Positions 51,908 through 64,000 of a stretch of 64,000 nt of DNA are shown here, piece after piece. A program made the position numbers and the translations under genes. The notes beneath the pieces were generated by a model that saw only the letters and a list, made by a program, of their open reading frames with translations, ran no database searches and was not told the origin of the DNA. The DNA lies in contig NC_043000.1 in assembly GCF_006345805.1 (NCBI RefSeq), positions 146,630,001 through 146,694,000 on the forward strand, in the 5' to 3' direction. This DNA comes from Octopus sinensis (Eukaryota). Position 1 is the first letter of the stretch. The number at the start of each line of letters is the position of its first letter.

Positions 51908-52465
51908 GGTTCGGTAACACTGACAACTCATTTTAACAGATATATTTACCAAAATTACATTTAAAATATCTTGAAAAACTAAAGAGTAAATTTATTCAAT
52001 AAAATCGTCATTGGCTTTAAACACAACCTCCAGACAACTTCGGAACATGCTGCAACTCTTCTGAACGGTCTCCTGGTTTAAGTTGGTGAATGTTGCCGTA
52101 ATCCGTGCCTTCAGCTCATCTTTGGTGTTACTAGGAGATTTGATGATCTCTTACTCAACTGTGCCCCACATAATAATCAAGAGAGTTGCAGTCTGGGGAG
52201 TTAGATGGTCAGTTGTTAGGGGTGATTATGTGGTCACAGAATTTGTCTGCCAGTGATGACTGGGTTCTCCTGTTTGTGTGGCATGGTGCAGAGTCCTGTT
52301 GGCAAACATAGAATCTTCCAGCAGCCACCCCCTTGACCCAGAGCAGCACTACCTCGTCCAGGCACTTGATGTAAGGCCTTCGTGTTGAGTTTGAGGTCAT
52401 GTGGGAAGATGAATGGAAGCGTCACTGATGATCCCTCCAAACACTATGATGTTGACTGGATGTTT
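51904..52465 (-). mobile_element. DD37D (maT)-like transposon, 3' half with TIR
   Basis: LPFIFPHDLKLNT..QQDSAPCH..SPDCNSLDYYVW with ~37-38 aa between the last two Asp. End is TA|cagggttcggtaacac. Confidence 0.8.
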
Positions 52466-52466
52466 G

Positions 52467-52852
52467 ATATGTTACGATTCCGTACTGCTACTGTATATAT
52501 CTCACTCAAAGATTTAATATAGCATTCTCTCTCTCTTCTACGAGATCAGCGAATAGCTACAAAAGTATAGAGTAATTTGCGAGTGGATTGAGCTTCCATC
52601 ACTAGCTGGTGATTAACACACGCCGAGGACGGGTAACCACCTAGAAACTCGAGTCTGTGTGTATCGCGATAGGCTAGAGATGGGTGCCATGACCTCCCCT
52701 CGCAAATACTGGAGGAGATGTCTTCCTCACGCTATAAACATCAGTAGCACTGTCCTGCATAGGATGCCACACCTGGTTGGCAAATATGTTATGGTTCCGT
52801 ACTGCTACTGTTTATATCTCGCTCAGAGATTTGATATAACAGACTCTCTCTC
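52467..52852 (+). mobile_element. Hammerhead-bearing non-coding element, monomer with 69-bp terminal direct repeats (317-nt period)
   Basis: DR1 52467-52535 and DR2 52784-52852 are 60/69 identical. Interior is homologous to 60227-60493. Confidence 0.75.
52616..52662 (+). ncRNA. Type I hammerhead ribozyme, degenerate core (CCGAGGA)
   Basis: acacacg CCGAGGA c gggt aacc acct a GAAA ctcgag TC tgtgtgt. Confidence 0.6.
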
Positions 52853-53149
52853 ATATATATAAAATAAATATTATTACAATATCATTTTCCAGCGAAATAA
52901 AGCACCGTAAAGGTAAAATTATAAATAGGAAATAGTGGCACAGCAAAGTACCATCTTTTCGCTACCCGCACACATCTTTACCTAGTATCGAACAGTTATC
53001 AACTGTCATTTCCAGCAAAACTTGGTACCTTGTTTTGCCACTATTTATTATTGATATATATATATACATATACACACACACACATATATATATATAGATA
53101 TATATATATATATATATATATATGAATGTATACATGTCATTACACATAC

Positions 53150-53201
<52 letters not shown>

Positions 53202-53822
53202 GAATGTATGTATGTATGTATCTATGTATCTATGTATATGTACAGCTTTGTAATTGATTTTGAGAGAGAGAAAGGAATAAACGCGGTTGTGTTTCGTATG
53301 TTACTACGTTTATGTACATATATGCGTGTCTCTGCTTTCGCCCTCTATCTGTGTGCAGTGTGTGTATTGCCACTTATGTTTCGTCATTGATCCTCAATAC
53401 AATTCAATACGCTTTCCTACACTTAACATATTTCATCACCCAGACGTTCTTTTCACTAACGACATATGCTGTTTCCCGCTGAAACAATGCCAAACGAATA
53501 GGATGTTAATAATAATTCTGTTGGCAGTTTTCATTCCTCTGAGTTTTCAACTATACAACACAATACAATATGTAATTAACCAGAAATTGTCGTTTTGTAG
53601 CATTTAATACACAATGCGGATCTTATCGTTTAATCGAAATATCGTAGCTGTCTATTCTGGAAGTAACACCAACCAGCAGGCTCCGATTTCCTTTTATAAA
53701 GAAATAGCAGAGATAACAACTATTTGGTTATTTGGTTATTGATGGCTCTCCTATTAGAGGTTTGGTCGGTCGAGGCTTCCTCTGCTCACCTTCAGCATTA
53801 GTATTGCTTCCTTTCAACCCAT

Positions 53823-53866
<44 letters not shown>

Positions 53867-53889
53867 GTATATATATACATACATATATA

Positions 53890-54040
53890 TCTATATGTTT
53901 GGTCCACCCACTCTCGCTGTTGGTGTATTTACGCCCCCGTAACTTAGCGCTTCAGCAAAAGACCGCGATAGGATAAGTACTATGCTTACAAAGATTAAGT
54001 CTTGGGGTCGATTTGTTCGACTATAGGCGGTCAAATGACT
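53890..54040 (+). mobile_element. SINE family A 3' half, diverged
   Basis: ggtgtatttacgcccccgtaacttagcg..gataagtact..ggggtcgatttgttcgact. Confidence 0.7.
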
Positions 54041-54083
54041 GTATATATATATATATACATATATATGGGGAAGGCCGGTTTAT

Positions 54084-54130
54084 GGGGTTACCCTGGGAGG
54101 TTTTTGCCTTATGGTGCATCATCAGACCCC
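54084..54130 (-). ncRNA. Type I hammerhead-like motif with a G12-to-A change
   Basis: rc: ggggt CTGATGA tgc accataag gca AAAA cct ccca ggg TA acccc. All three stems pair. Confidence 0.5.
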
Positions 54131-54479
54131 AAAACATGTTGGCCTAAGAGGTCTTACGTCAACAGGTTTTGAGGTCTGACGATACTCTTTAAACTAAACC
54201 ATTTATAGACGGGAAACCCAGAGTAAAACTGCTTTCCCCATTAAAATGTAAACTGCGCTACATCTTAGAGCCTGCTTCTTCCCTGGATTTTTTGTTTTCT
54301 ACAAACGATACTCTTTTACTCTTTTTACTCTTATACATATATATATAACTAATATATATATATATCAGTTCTTTAATTCTTTCTTTTATACGTTTCAGCC
54401 CATAGGCTGTAGCCATGCTTGGAGTACCACCAGTGTAATCATCTTTTGAATGTTCAGTCTTATGTGACTGGCTTTTGGT

Positions 54480-56510
54480 GAAGGAGGGAGTTCGACGCTG
54501 CAGTCTTCATTTGAGTTTCCTACCTTGACATAGGTTCATCGACGGCATAGCTAGTGAGTGTAGCTACCTGTGAAACGTATCGTGTGTGAAAGCGCCACCA
54601 TGAACAGTAGCGGCCCCAATACAGTTCCCTGAGTAACTGTATTCACTCTTTATTACTGTCTCCATGAGGAGCACTGCATTGGCTGTCACAACCTGGCTTC
54701 TGTCTTTTGAGATGTCATGTAACTTACCCTCTCAATTTTTCGATATACTGAGTCTCCGTGGCTTGTGACATTCTATTTCATGATCGACCTCCTCAAAGGC
54801 CTTTGCAATGTCAGTTTATATTACGTCCACTTTTGAGAGATTCAGTAATTGTTTAACAATTGTCATAATGCTGTAAAAGCTGTGTAATGTAGCTTCTTCC
54901 TGATAGGAAACTATGCTGGTCGTTAGGGAGCAATTCATTATGTTCATGGAATGCGATCAGTTTCCTCCTGAAAATGCGCTCCATGACTTTGCTGATATGG
55001 AAGACTAGAGAGACAGGCCTATAATTTTAGCATGTTCTCTGCTAACAGCATTATGAATAGGACATATTATGCCTTTGTATAACTTGTTGGGAAGTCTTCC
55101 AGTTGCAAGAAAGCTCTGAAAGAGAATATGGAGTGGTCTTGCTAGAAGCCCTTTGCATTTCTTCAGGGGGACTGCTGGGAATCCATGAGCGCCTTTGGCT
55201 GAGTTTGAGCTCATCTCATCAATGGCTGATATTACATCAGTTTCCTCCATTTCGTTACCAATAATTGTGATCTCTTCGTGTAGAGCTGTGGTGTCGAAGA
55301 AATCATCAGGCATAGCTACTTGCAAATATCCCAATGGAGTTCTAAAAAACACTCTTGTATTGCACATTCAGTATTTCACTTATCCTCCGTGGGGTCTGCA
55401 GTCGGTGAACGATTTTCCTCGAGCAGTGGCCCTATCTTGTACTATACTAAAGCAGACTCTTTTGCAAATTTATTGAAGGCTTTATGATTCGTCTCATAAT
55501 TTGAACCCTGTCTTTTTACTCTGCGCTCTCCTTTTCATGCGAGTGTTTGAGTTCATTTTCGATCTCGAGCAATGTTTCTTTGAAATAGGATCCTTTGCTA
55601 TTCTTTTTTGGCCCATTTAGATGGATTGATGTTTTTACTCGCCGTCTCATTAGAATCCTCCTATTATTTGGAATTATATTTTTTGTTGGTTTGGTATTCT
55701 CTCTGGAGCAAACATATTGCATATGTCATGCATGATTGTCAGAAAGTGCAGTAGTTTTATGTCAATGTATTAGTCAGAGAGACTGGTAGACCAGTTTTAT
55801 TCCATGACCTTTTTCTCGCTACCCTTCCAGTCAGCTTGTGAAGGTTTTGGCTGGTGAGGAATTGGGTGCTTCTAGTAGCCTGCATGTCTGCAGTTTTCTG
55901 CAGACCTTACATTGTTAGCCCTATCAAGTTATGACCCAACAGAATCGTTGGTGTCATTTTAACATTATGGGTCAGCGCCACGTTATTTGTGTGTCTCGGG
56001 TATCGGGTTTTGAACTTGTGGGTCTTTACAAGGCCCTTGATGTTCAACAGGAACACTGGTATGATATATAGCATGTTGGTAGTGGCCATTGATCTGACAT
56101 ATGCTGAGGTCACCTTGGATCTTTTGTTGTGGTCTAGAATGCTGCTACATGAACCTCAAATTCAATGTTTGATGAAGCCAGGTCAATTACCAAACTACCC
56201 TCTGTGCCATTTCAAAATGAACCGTTGTTCAACAGTGGCTGTCGGCACTACATCGACACTTTCTTTCCTCTTATGAGCAGTGTGCACGGTCCACATCTTT
56301 CCATAGTGGAGGAATTGTAGTTTGTGATATGGTCGTGTTCTTGCTCATGGCCTTGAAACAAGTAATGCTCACATCGGATTTGAGATGAGCGAATCCATAG
56401 CCTGTCCCAATGTTTCCAAGCCAGCAGGCATTCTTTGCATAGAATTGCAGACTTGCAGGGTCTTTCTTTTTTCCAGAAACTTTGTCTTCGCAGTGTAGTT
56501 TTAGTGCGTT
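54480..56510 (-). mobile_element. CR1-like LINE, EN-RT fragment, decayed
   Basis: IDEMSSNSAKGAHGFPAVPLKKCK..LARPL..LPNKL..GIICPIH, then KAFEEVDH and QGTVLGPLLF. Confidence 0.8.
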
Positions 56511-56571
56511 TTATTACATTGATAGATATATATATATATACGTACATATATGCACGTACATACATACATAC

Positions 56572-56666
<95 letters not shown>

Positions 56667-57299
56667 AAGAGAGAGATAAAAGAAATAATTAGGATTCAGT
56701 GGAATTAGGTACTTAAGTTGAGGCACCAAATCAGTCCAGTATTATCTGCACAGCTCGAAGTAAGGTGAATAAAATCAAATACATATATAAAATTGTTGCT
56801 ATGCTACCATTTCGTGACCACATTGTTATTCACTTCAAATTATAGTTGGAGTATTTTCTCTCAAAGTTCATTCTGCTACAGTATTAGCAGCATGTAATAC
56901 TTTCATCCTCTAGTTCTGATGAAATATTTTCTAAGAATTATAATGGAGTATGTTGAAAACCTACATTATATATCTGAAGATCTGCAGATCTGCTACTACC
57001 TACATACCGAGCTTTCACAAAAGTAAAAGACAGAGAGACAGCAAAAATCAAAATACCCCACCTATTTCAAAATTATGGAAATATTTCTTTAAAAAATTAC
57101 ATTTAAATTTTCCACAATTTAATTGTTTTTCATGCTTTACTCTAAGTTGAAAAAGTCGCAAAGCCTGAAGCCGGTACTAAAATGTACTTTATGATAAAGT
57201 TATTTTAGCATTTTCTACCTTGACCTATTTTCTTTATACATGTCAATTCATGTCTTACTTTTCAACCTTCTCCATATATATGTGTGTGTACCCAAGTTT

Positions 57300-57370
57300 C
57301 CACGCAATGGGACTGAACCCGGAACCATGTGGCTGGGAAGCAAGCTTCATACCACACAACCACCCCTGCA
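57300..57370 (-). mobile_element. SINE family A head fragment
   Basis: ccacgcaatgggactgaacccggaaccatgtgg..accacacaaccacccctg. Confidence 0.75.
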
Positions 57371-57479
57371 CATATAACATACATACATACATACATACAC
57401 ACATACACACACATACACACACATACATACATACATACATACATACATACATACATACATACATACATACATACATACA

Positions 57480-57511
<32 letters not shown>

Positions 57512-57584
57512 CATACATACATACATATACATACATATATACATATACATACATAAATACATACGTACATACATACATACATAC

Positions 57585-57760
57585 AACCAGAAAGGAGAAA
57601 GCTAATTCGAAGACTACAGATCAAATCCGTCACTGGAACGGTAAATATATGTAAAACTTTCGAGAAGTTTATTATTTAAATATATATGAGCATGTCTATA
57701 TATGAAACTATATGCATGGGAAAACATACATAAAACATACAAATTTGCACATAAATCCAT
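57585..57760 (+). mobile_element. 3'-end fragment of the (TACA)n-associated R4-like LINE
   Basis: Homologous to 58788-58960 and flanked by (CATA)n. Confidence 0.8.
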
Positions 57761-57814
57761 ACATACATACCGACAGACAGACAGACAGATAGACATACAA
57801 ACATACATATGATG

Positions 57815-58965
57815 TGAAAACCCGAAAAATACTAGCAAGCATATATAATTTCCACATAAACTGTGACGTACACCGCCCAACCTAAAAAGAAAAGGGCGGC
57901 AAAGGCTTCACATCAATCCAAAATGCCCTTGATGTCGCATCATATTCCTACGACAACATCTCTTAACCACCAAGTATTGAAGTGCATCATAAGACACGGA
58001 AGGCAGCTCCTTGCGCAAGACTTTGCCTGATAATCTAGAATACATGCCCAAAGAAGTTACACGACTCTACTGCAACATATCTTCAGATGAAAGGATGAGC
58101 CTATATGAGCGGAAGACTATGTATGGATACGTTAGTACAAAGCCCCGTGATGATAGTAACATCGATCATCAAAGCGGTCTATCGTGGACCAATAGCCAGA
58201 TTACTACTTACCACTTTGAAGAGTATGCGTTTGCAATCCAGGAACAGGAAATATCAACCATGTATCTGATGCACAAAATGGATAGAGATGCAGGAAAAGA
58301 CGTGAAATGTAACAACCGATGCAGACTTTGTGGAGCTCACACTGAAGATATCACCCACATCACAAGCAGTTGTCCGAAAATGATGTTGTAGCTAGAACAG
58401 TCTATAATGAAATCCGTCGGAAGGATAATCCCGTGGACAAAGTTAATACGAACCCACAATATGGTAGAAGCCATAGACTCTTATATTAAAAAGGAATATG
58501 GTGGAATGTCCCAGTGAAGACCTCAATAAAATGTAAGCACAACAGACCTGATATAATGATTTAGGATAGAGAAGAGAAAGTGTGCACAGTTGTGGAAATT
58601 AGCTGCCCAGCGGATATTAACATAAAGCTGAAGATCAGTGAAAAAGAGAACACTTATGCTGAACTATTGAGAAATCTGCACTTACTCTATCCAGATTACA
58701 AGCTCAGGTTTATACCTGTAATTATTGGGGCCCTGGGATATTAACACAATGCCTAAATACCAATCTTGAGAAATTAGGCTTGTCAAAACCAGAAAAGAGA
58801 AAGCTAATTCGATGACCACAGATCAAATCCATCGCTTGAACGGTAAAAATCTGTAAAACTTTCCAGAATTTATCATTTAAATATATATAAGTATGTCTAA
58901 ATATGCATCTATATGTATGAGAATACATACATAATACATACAAATCTGCACATACATACATAATA
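57815..58965 (+). mobile_element. R4-like non-LTR retrotransposon (CCHC + restriction-like endonuclease), 5'-truncated, in (CATA)n
   Basis: KEKGGKGF, CRLCGAHTEDITHITSSCP, KHNRPDIMI..VVEISCP..EKENTYAELL..IPVIIGALG. CATA repeats at both junctions. Confidence 0.85.
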
Positions 58966-60128
58966 GATACATACATACATACATACATACATACATACAT
59001 ACATACATACATACATACATACACACATACATACATACATGCATACATACATACATACAAACATAAATACCCTATTCTCAAAACGCTGCGTATTGATAGA
59101 AAATTTTAAGTATTGGATTAGATGTGGTTCTGTATTCGTTCCGACTCTCAGATTTCTCTACGGAAATTCCACTGAGGTTTTCTTTATCTCTCATTCCTTT
59201 TGAATTCAAAAAGTACCACGACATTGGGATCGAATCTTCTTCTTGCTCTCTACTAGGGGAAATCTACCAAGGACTGACCTGACTGTTGCGGGTATCTCAA
59301 AGTTTAAAACATCCAAGCCATGCCATATTTCTCGATGGCTCTCTTCGCATTCTTTCAGTTGTTAAGCTGCCAAGTAATATGAACGACACTCGTGTTGTAC
59401 AACTCGATACACAAGAGAGATAATATTTCTTACTCTCCAACCTGTTTCGAGGAAACTGTAAGGAAGTATACTTAAAGCAGCCTGTGCATGAAGAGAAAGT
59501 ATAGACAAACACGGCATTGTAAGGAACCTTTGGGTGTGTCTAGATTAGTTCAATTCTTGTCGGTTGTTGATGATTGGTAAATTTTGTAAATTTATAGATG
59601 GTAAATTCAAAGATATGCACGTCCCCGATAGTTCAGCTCTCGTAATAATCGTCTTCGACAATTCCACTTTTTTCTGATATAATGTGCATAGGTGAGTGTT
59701 CCTTGATTAACCTGAGCGAGTAGCGAATCGTGATACTAATGTAATATTTACCATTTGTTTCACTTTATCTGGCAGATGATGTGAGCACACAAATAAGCAC
59801 TAGTATAGTCGTAGGTCATTTGGTCACAGTACTTTAGTTGTTACCAAATGAAGTAACTTGTATTTCTTTTGCAATATACAAGAAGTATTTCGTAAAGAAG
59901 ACAACCGAACCGATAAGATGTGTATCCAGCCTATCCGTACCGATAACCACGTAAATTCTAGCAGTAAGAATTTCAGCAAAAAGTATTACAAACAGTTGTT
60001 TTGTTTCTTGAAGTTGGAGCATTGCTGGCTGCTGAGCAGCCTTAACTTCGTGATCACCGTCCTCACTGTATTTGCCACTACTTGGCATGAACTAATTTTA
60101 TATGTAGATTCTTAAGACTTGAAAATAG

Positions 60129-60493
60129 TGATAAATCTCAGAGCGAGTTATAAACAGTAGCAGTAACACATCGTGACGCATAATTGCCATTTGAATATGG
60201 CTAACCCCTAAGGGTGGATGCTACTGGAAAAAGTATATGTATTTGTGAGGGAAACTGAATTCTCGTCGACAACTATGATTGTCACACGCTGATGATAGGT
60301 CAATACCTTGAAACTCGAGTCCGTGTGTATCATAAGTTGAAGACGGGAAGGATGACTTCCCTTCACAAATACTGATAGGGCACAGAAAGTGTGTCTATAA
60401 CCAGCTGGAGGAGGTATCTTACTGGGGCTACAAACTACAGTAGCATCCACCCTTAGGGGTTAGCCATATTCAAATGGCAAATATGCGTCACGA
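60129..60493 (+). mobile_element. Hammerhead-bearing non-coding element with an inverted 5' arm and an 11-13-bp TSD
   Basis: TSD (ga)cttgaaaatag at 60116-60128 and 60492-60504. Arms 60171-60226 and 60438-60493 are 55/56 complementary. 60129-60170 is the reverse complement of the 52467-family direct repeat. Confidence 0.8.
60283..60327 (+). ncRNA. Type I hammerhead ribozyme (minimal, palindromic stem III)
   Basis: cacacg CTGATGA t aggt caat acct t GAAA ctcgag TC cgtgtg. Perfect 6-bp stem I, canonical core, GUC site (cleavage predicted after 60321). Positions 10.1/11.1 are U/U. Confidence 0.75.
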
Positions 60494-61289
60494 CTTGAAA
60501 ATAGGTTTATCTAGAAATATATGTGTTCTGCCATAATTGTTATAGTTATACGTGCAGTATCTGAAGGACTCCAGTATCTCTTCGATTGCTGTTATTAATA
60601 TTTTTGCTGTTTAAATCCAGAACAGTCTTGACCGAGAAAACTTATGATCATCCGTTGCGACTGAACTTGGATTATCTTGCCTTTTCGCGCAGGTAAAACA
60701 ATTTCTTGCATTCTTTTTTAAAAGACAGCAGAGTCTGATTTGAGGAACATTTGATTGTTCCTTCTCTCAGTTCAAACAGAGATTCTATCTATGGTCCATA
60801 CTGTGGCTAACATGCTTGTTTTTAGGTGTAGTGTATCGCTGGCTTCAATGTGTGACAAGTTTTCTTCCTTGTCTGACATGCTAATATGAGAGAAAATTAG
60901 CTGTTATTTCTAGCAGGCTGTTCGACCTCGTACAAGCGCACTCATAGGTCCGTTGCTTATAAGGATTCATGTATGGCTTAATGTATTAGTTTTACTTCAA
61001 TACTTTTATATTTTGTCTGTGCTTCAACTTCTTATATACCTCTTTACTTTCTTTCTGGTTGTTTTCTCGTTCCTGTTTCTGTTTCGTATTTTATTCACAC
61101 TCTCTTCTTCACCTTACTGAGTTCTTTTTTTTATTCCTTTATTCTGGTTGTATTCCATTCTTATTCAATTACATTCATTTTATTCTCTTTACTCTACAGT
61201 CAGTTCACACTTCTTTCGGTTGTTTTCTGTTTAAGATTCACCAAATTCCTTTCTATCTGTCTCTTTTTCCTGGCTACCCAGCATTCCAC

Positions 61290-61648
61290 CAATCACACGC
61301 ACATCCTTCATTTCTTTTTCTCTCTCTCCACCATACAGACACACACACAAACACACACACACACAATCACACACACATCCTTCATTTCTCTTTCTCTTTC
61401 TCCACCATACAGACACACACACAAACACACACACACACAATCACACACACATCCTTCATTTCTCTTTCTCTTTCTCCACCATACAGACACACACACACGC
61501 ACACATACACACAATCACACACACATCCTTCATTTCTCTTTCTCTCTCTCCACCATACAGACACACACACAAACACACACACACACAATCACACGCACAT
61601 CCTTCATTTCTCTTTCTCTCTCTCTCCACCATACAGACACACACACAA

Positions 61649-61679
<31 letters not shown>

Positions 61680-62120
61680 ATCACACACACATCCTTCATT
61701 TCTCTTTCTCTCTCTCCACCATACAGACACACACACACATACACACACACAATCACACTCACATCCTTCATTTCTCTTTCTCTCTCTCCACCATACAGAC
61801 ACACACACAAACACACACACACACAATCACACACACATCCTTCATTTCTCTTTCTCTTTCTCCACCATACAGACACCACACACACACACACACACACACA
61901 TCACACACACATCCTTCATTTCTCTTCTCTCTCTCCACCATACAGACACACACACACACACACACACACAATCACACACACATCCTTCATTTCTCTTTCT
62001 CTCTCTCCACCATACAGACACACACACAAACACACACACACACAATCACACACACATCCTTCATTTCTCTTTCTCTCTCTCCACCATACAGACACACACA
62101 CACACATACACACAATCACA
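61290..62120. repeat. ~74-bp minisatellite, 11 copies
   Basis: Unit catccttcatttctctttctctctctccaccatacagacacacacacaaacacacacacacacaatcacacaca. ORF starts recur every 74 nt. Confidence 0.95.
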
Positions 62121-62689
62121 CACAGACAATCGCAGACCAACGCACACGCTCATACATTCGTTTCACATATTCGTTCATTCTCGTTCACTTATTCCTCTTT
62201 AAACCAATGTTCTTTCTCTCCATATCACTATTGCTCCATCACACCACATGCTTGGCCTGTCTTTCTTTACCATTTTACACTCTTCCGTACTTTATTAGTT
62301 TTATCCTTCCATCAATGTATTTTCTCCCTGTTTCTCTTTTAATAAAAATTGTTATCGTTATTTTGTTTTCTAATCATCTTTTATTCTCTTCTTTTAGTTC
62401 GGGAAGATATTTAGGAAGATTTTTAATGTTTTTACCCTCTCTTCTCAATGGCTTTATCACGCCATAACTCACACAGATCTTAACTGCACACACAAACAAT
62501 GCGCATTTATACTTTCATTCCCATACATATATATGGGTGTCCATATCAAGATCGATAAGCATCTCTAAGTTCATTCACATACACAATCGCACCGAAGAGC
62601 AAGTGTGTGCGCATGTTTCTGTGATGTGTGTACGTGAGTGTGCGCGTATGTGTGTGCACATGTACACACATACATAGTTATATAGATCA

Positions 62690-62995
62690 CGTGCAGTTGT
62701 AAAGGAAGCACCCTAGCCAAGTTGCCGCGCAGTGGGTGTGAACCCAAAACCACATGAATGTGAAATATATTTCTTAACCAGCCATGTTTGCACCTATACA
62801 CATATACACAAATACACACACACACACACGCACACGCACACGGACATAGGTACACGTGTGTCTCTCTGTGTGTATATATATTTGTGTGCATATGTGTAGA
62901 CGCAAATATGGCTGTGTGGTTAAGAAATGTACTCCAGTACCATTTAGTTTTGGATTTAGTTCCACTATGTAACACTTGGGGTACGGTGCTTCATG
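62690..62995. mobile_element. Two old SINE-A-type head fragments, head-to-head around a (CA)/(TG) tract
   Basis: Minus-strand head at ~62690-62785 and plus-strand head atggctgtgtggttaag.. at ~62908. Confidence 0.45.
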
Positions 62996-63039
62996 TGCGG
63001 AAACACGTCCCCAATACAACTGTGTGTGCGTGCGTGTTT

Positions 63040-63300
<261 letters not shown>

Positions 63301-64000
63301 ATAGAATATGCATTTACACATACGCAGCAACGACTATTTCAGAATGTGCAACATGCATGCTGCCTTTTTTCTGCAACCTCTCTCTTCTCTCTATCTGTTT
63401 TACACACACATACACACACATATACATTAACACACACGCACGCACATATACACACACGTGCACACATACATACACACACACATATTCTTTCATTTCTACA
63501 GCTATCACGACTGCCGTCTCTTTTATATTTCTCCTAGAACATCACTGACTAACTTTAACAGCCTTTAAAAATGATATATATCTGTCCTAAACCTTTCGAT
63601 ATCGATATAAGCTTTCGTCTTTCCCTCTTCGCTTACTTTAACATTCTATCTTATATTTTCGCCAAACAGGAGCCTGCAATTCCCCAAATGGAAGACGGAA
63701 ACCGGTAAAACGACGCCAATCCTTCAGAAACAATTTGTTGCCAGATTCTTTGCAACTTTTATTGTTCATTTTATTGATATTTTCCTTATTTCATCTTTTA
63801 TTTTACAGTTCGTCCTGCAGAATTGTAAAACATTGTCCATTTGCAAATTACCATATGTGTATCTGCTTATGGCTGTATGTGTGTGTGTGTGTGTTTTTAC
63901 GCCTGTGTGCATTTCGGTAATGTGTGTATATGGGAGTGTGTATTTGTGTGTCCGTGTGTGTATCCGTGCGAGCGAATATGTGTGCGCATATGTGCACATG

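Noticed and set aside
59300-60900. Hydrophobic broken frames on the minus strand suggesting a GPCR pseudogene
   Set aside because: Many stops and no diagnostic motif in a consistent frame.
61290-62120. CRISPR-like array
   Set aside because: The units are wholly repeated with no unique spacers, and the context is eukaryotic.
61059-62342. 427-aa ORF, the longest in the track
   Set aside because: It is simply the 74-bp minisatellite, which lacks stops in that frame.

Overview
AT-rich, microsatellite-dense, repeat-saturated animal genomic DNA. It is most likely from an octopus/cephalopod, inferred from octopus-type tRNA-derived SINEs and the repeat landscape; I have not confirmed this by a search. 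No host protein-coding gene can be supported, and most ORFs in the track are microsatellite or transposon artefacts. The window holds decayed mariner, Tc1 and DD37D-like DNA transposons, RTE, CR1-like, R4/Dong and Tx1/L1-clade LINE fragments, Penelope-like (PLE) remnants, about three SINE families, MITE/foldback elements and a non-autonomous Helitron. Four observations stand out. (1) A ~317-nt non-coding family carries a type I hammerhead ribozyme fold with a palindromic stem III. One copy is a monomer flanked by direct repeats (52467-52852); the other has a target-site duplication (TSD) and a near-perfect inverted arm (60129-60493). It looks like a retrozyme-like, PLE-mobilised RNA, and several other hammerhead-like motifs occur in the window. 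(2) A 2.3-kb ORF1-only ('half-L1'-like) retroelement with a 14-bp TSD is inserted in a SINE head (16188-18515). (3) A short 3' stem-loop plus AATAAA signature is shared by that element, a Tx1-like LINE and a SINE. (4) Three LINE families each sit in their own microsatellite: (GATA)n, (TACA)n and (TAA)n.
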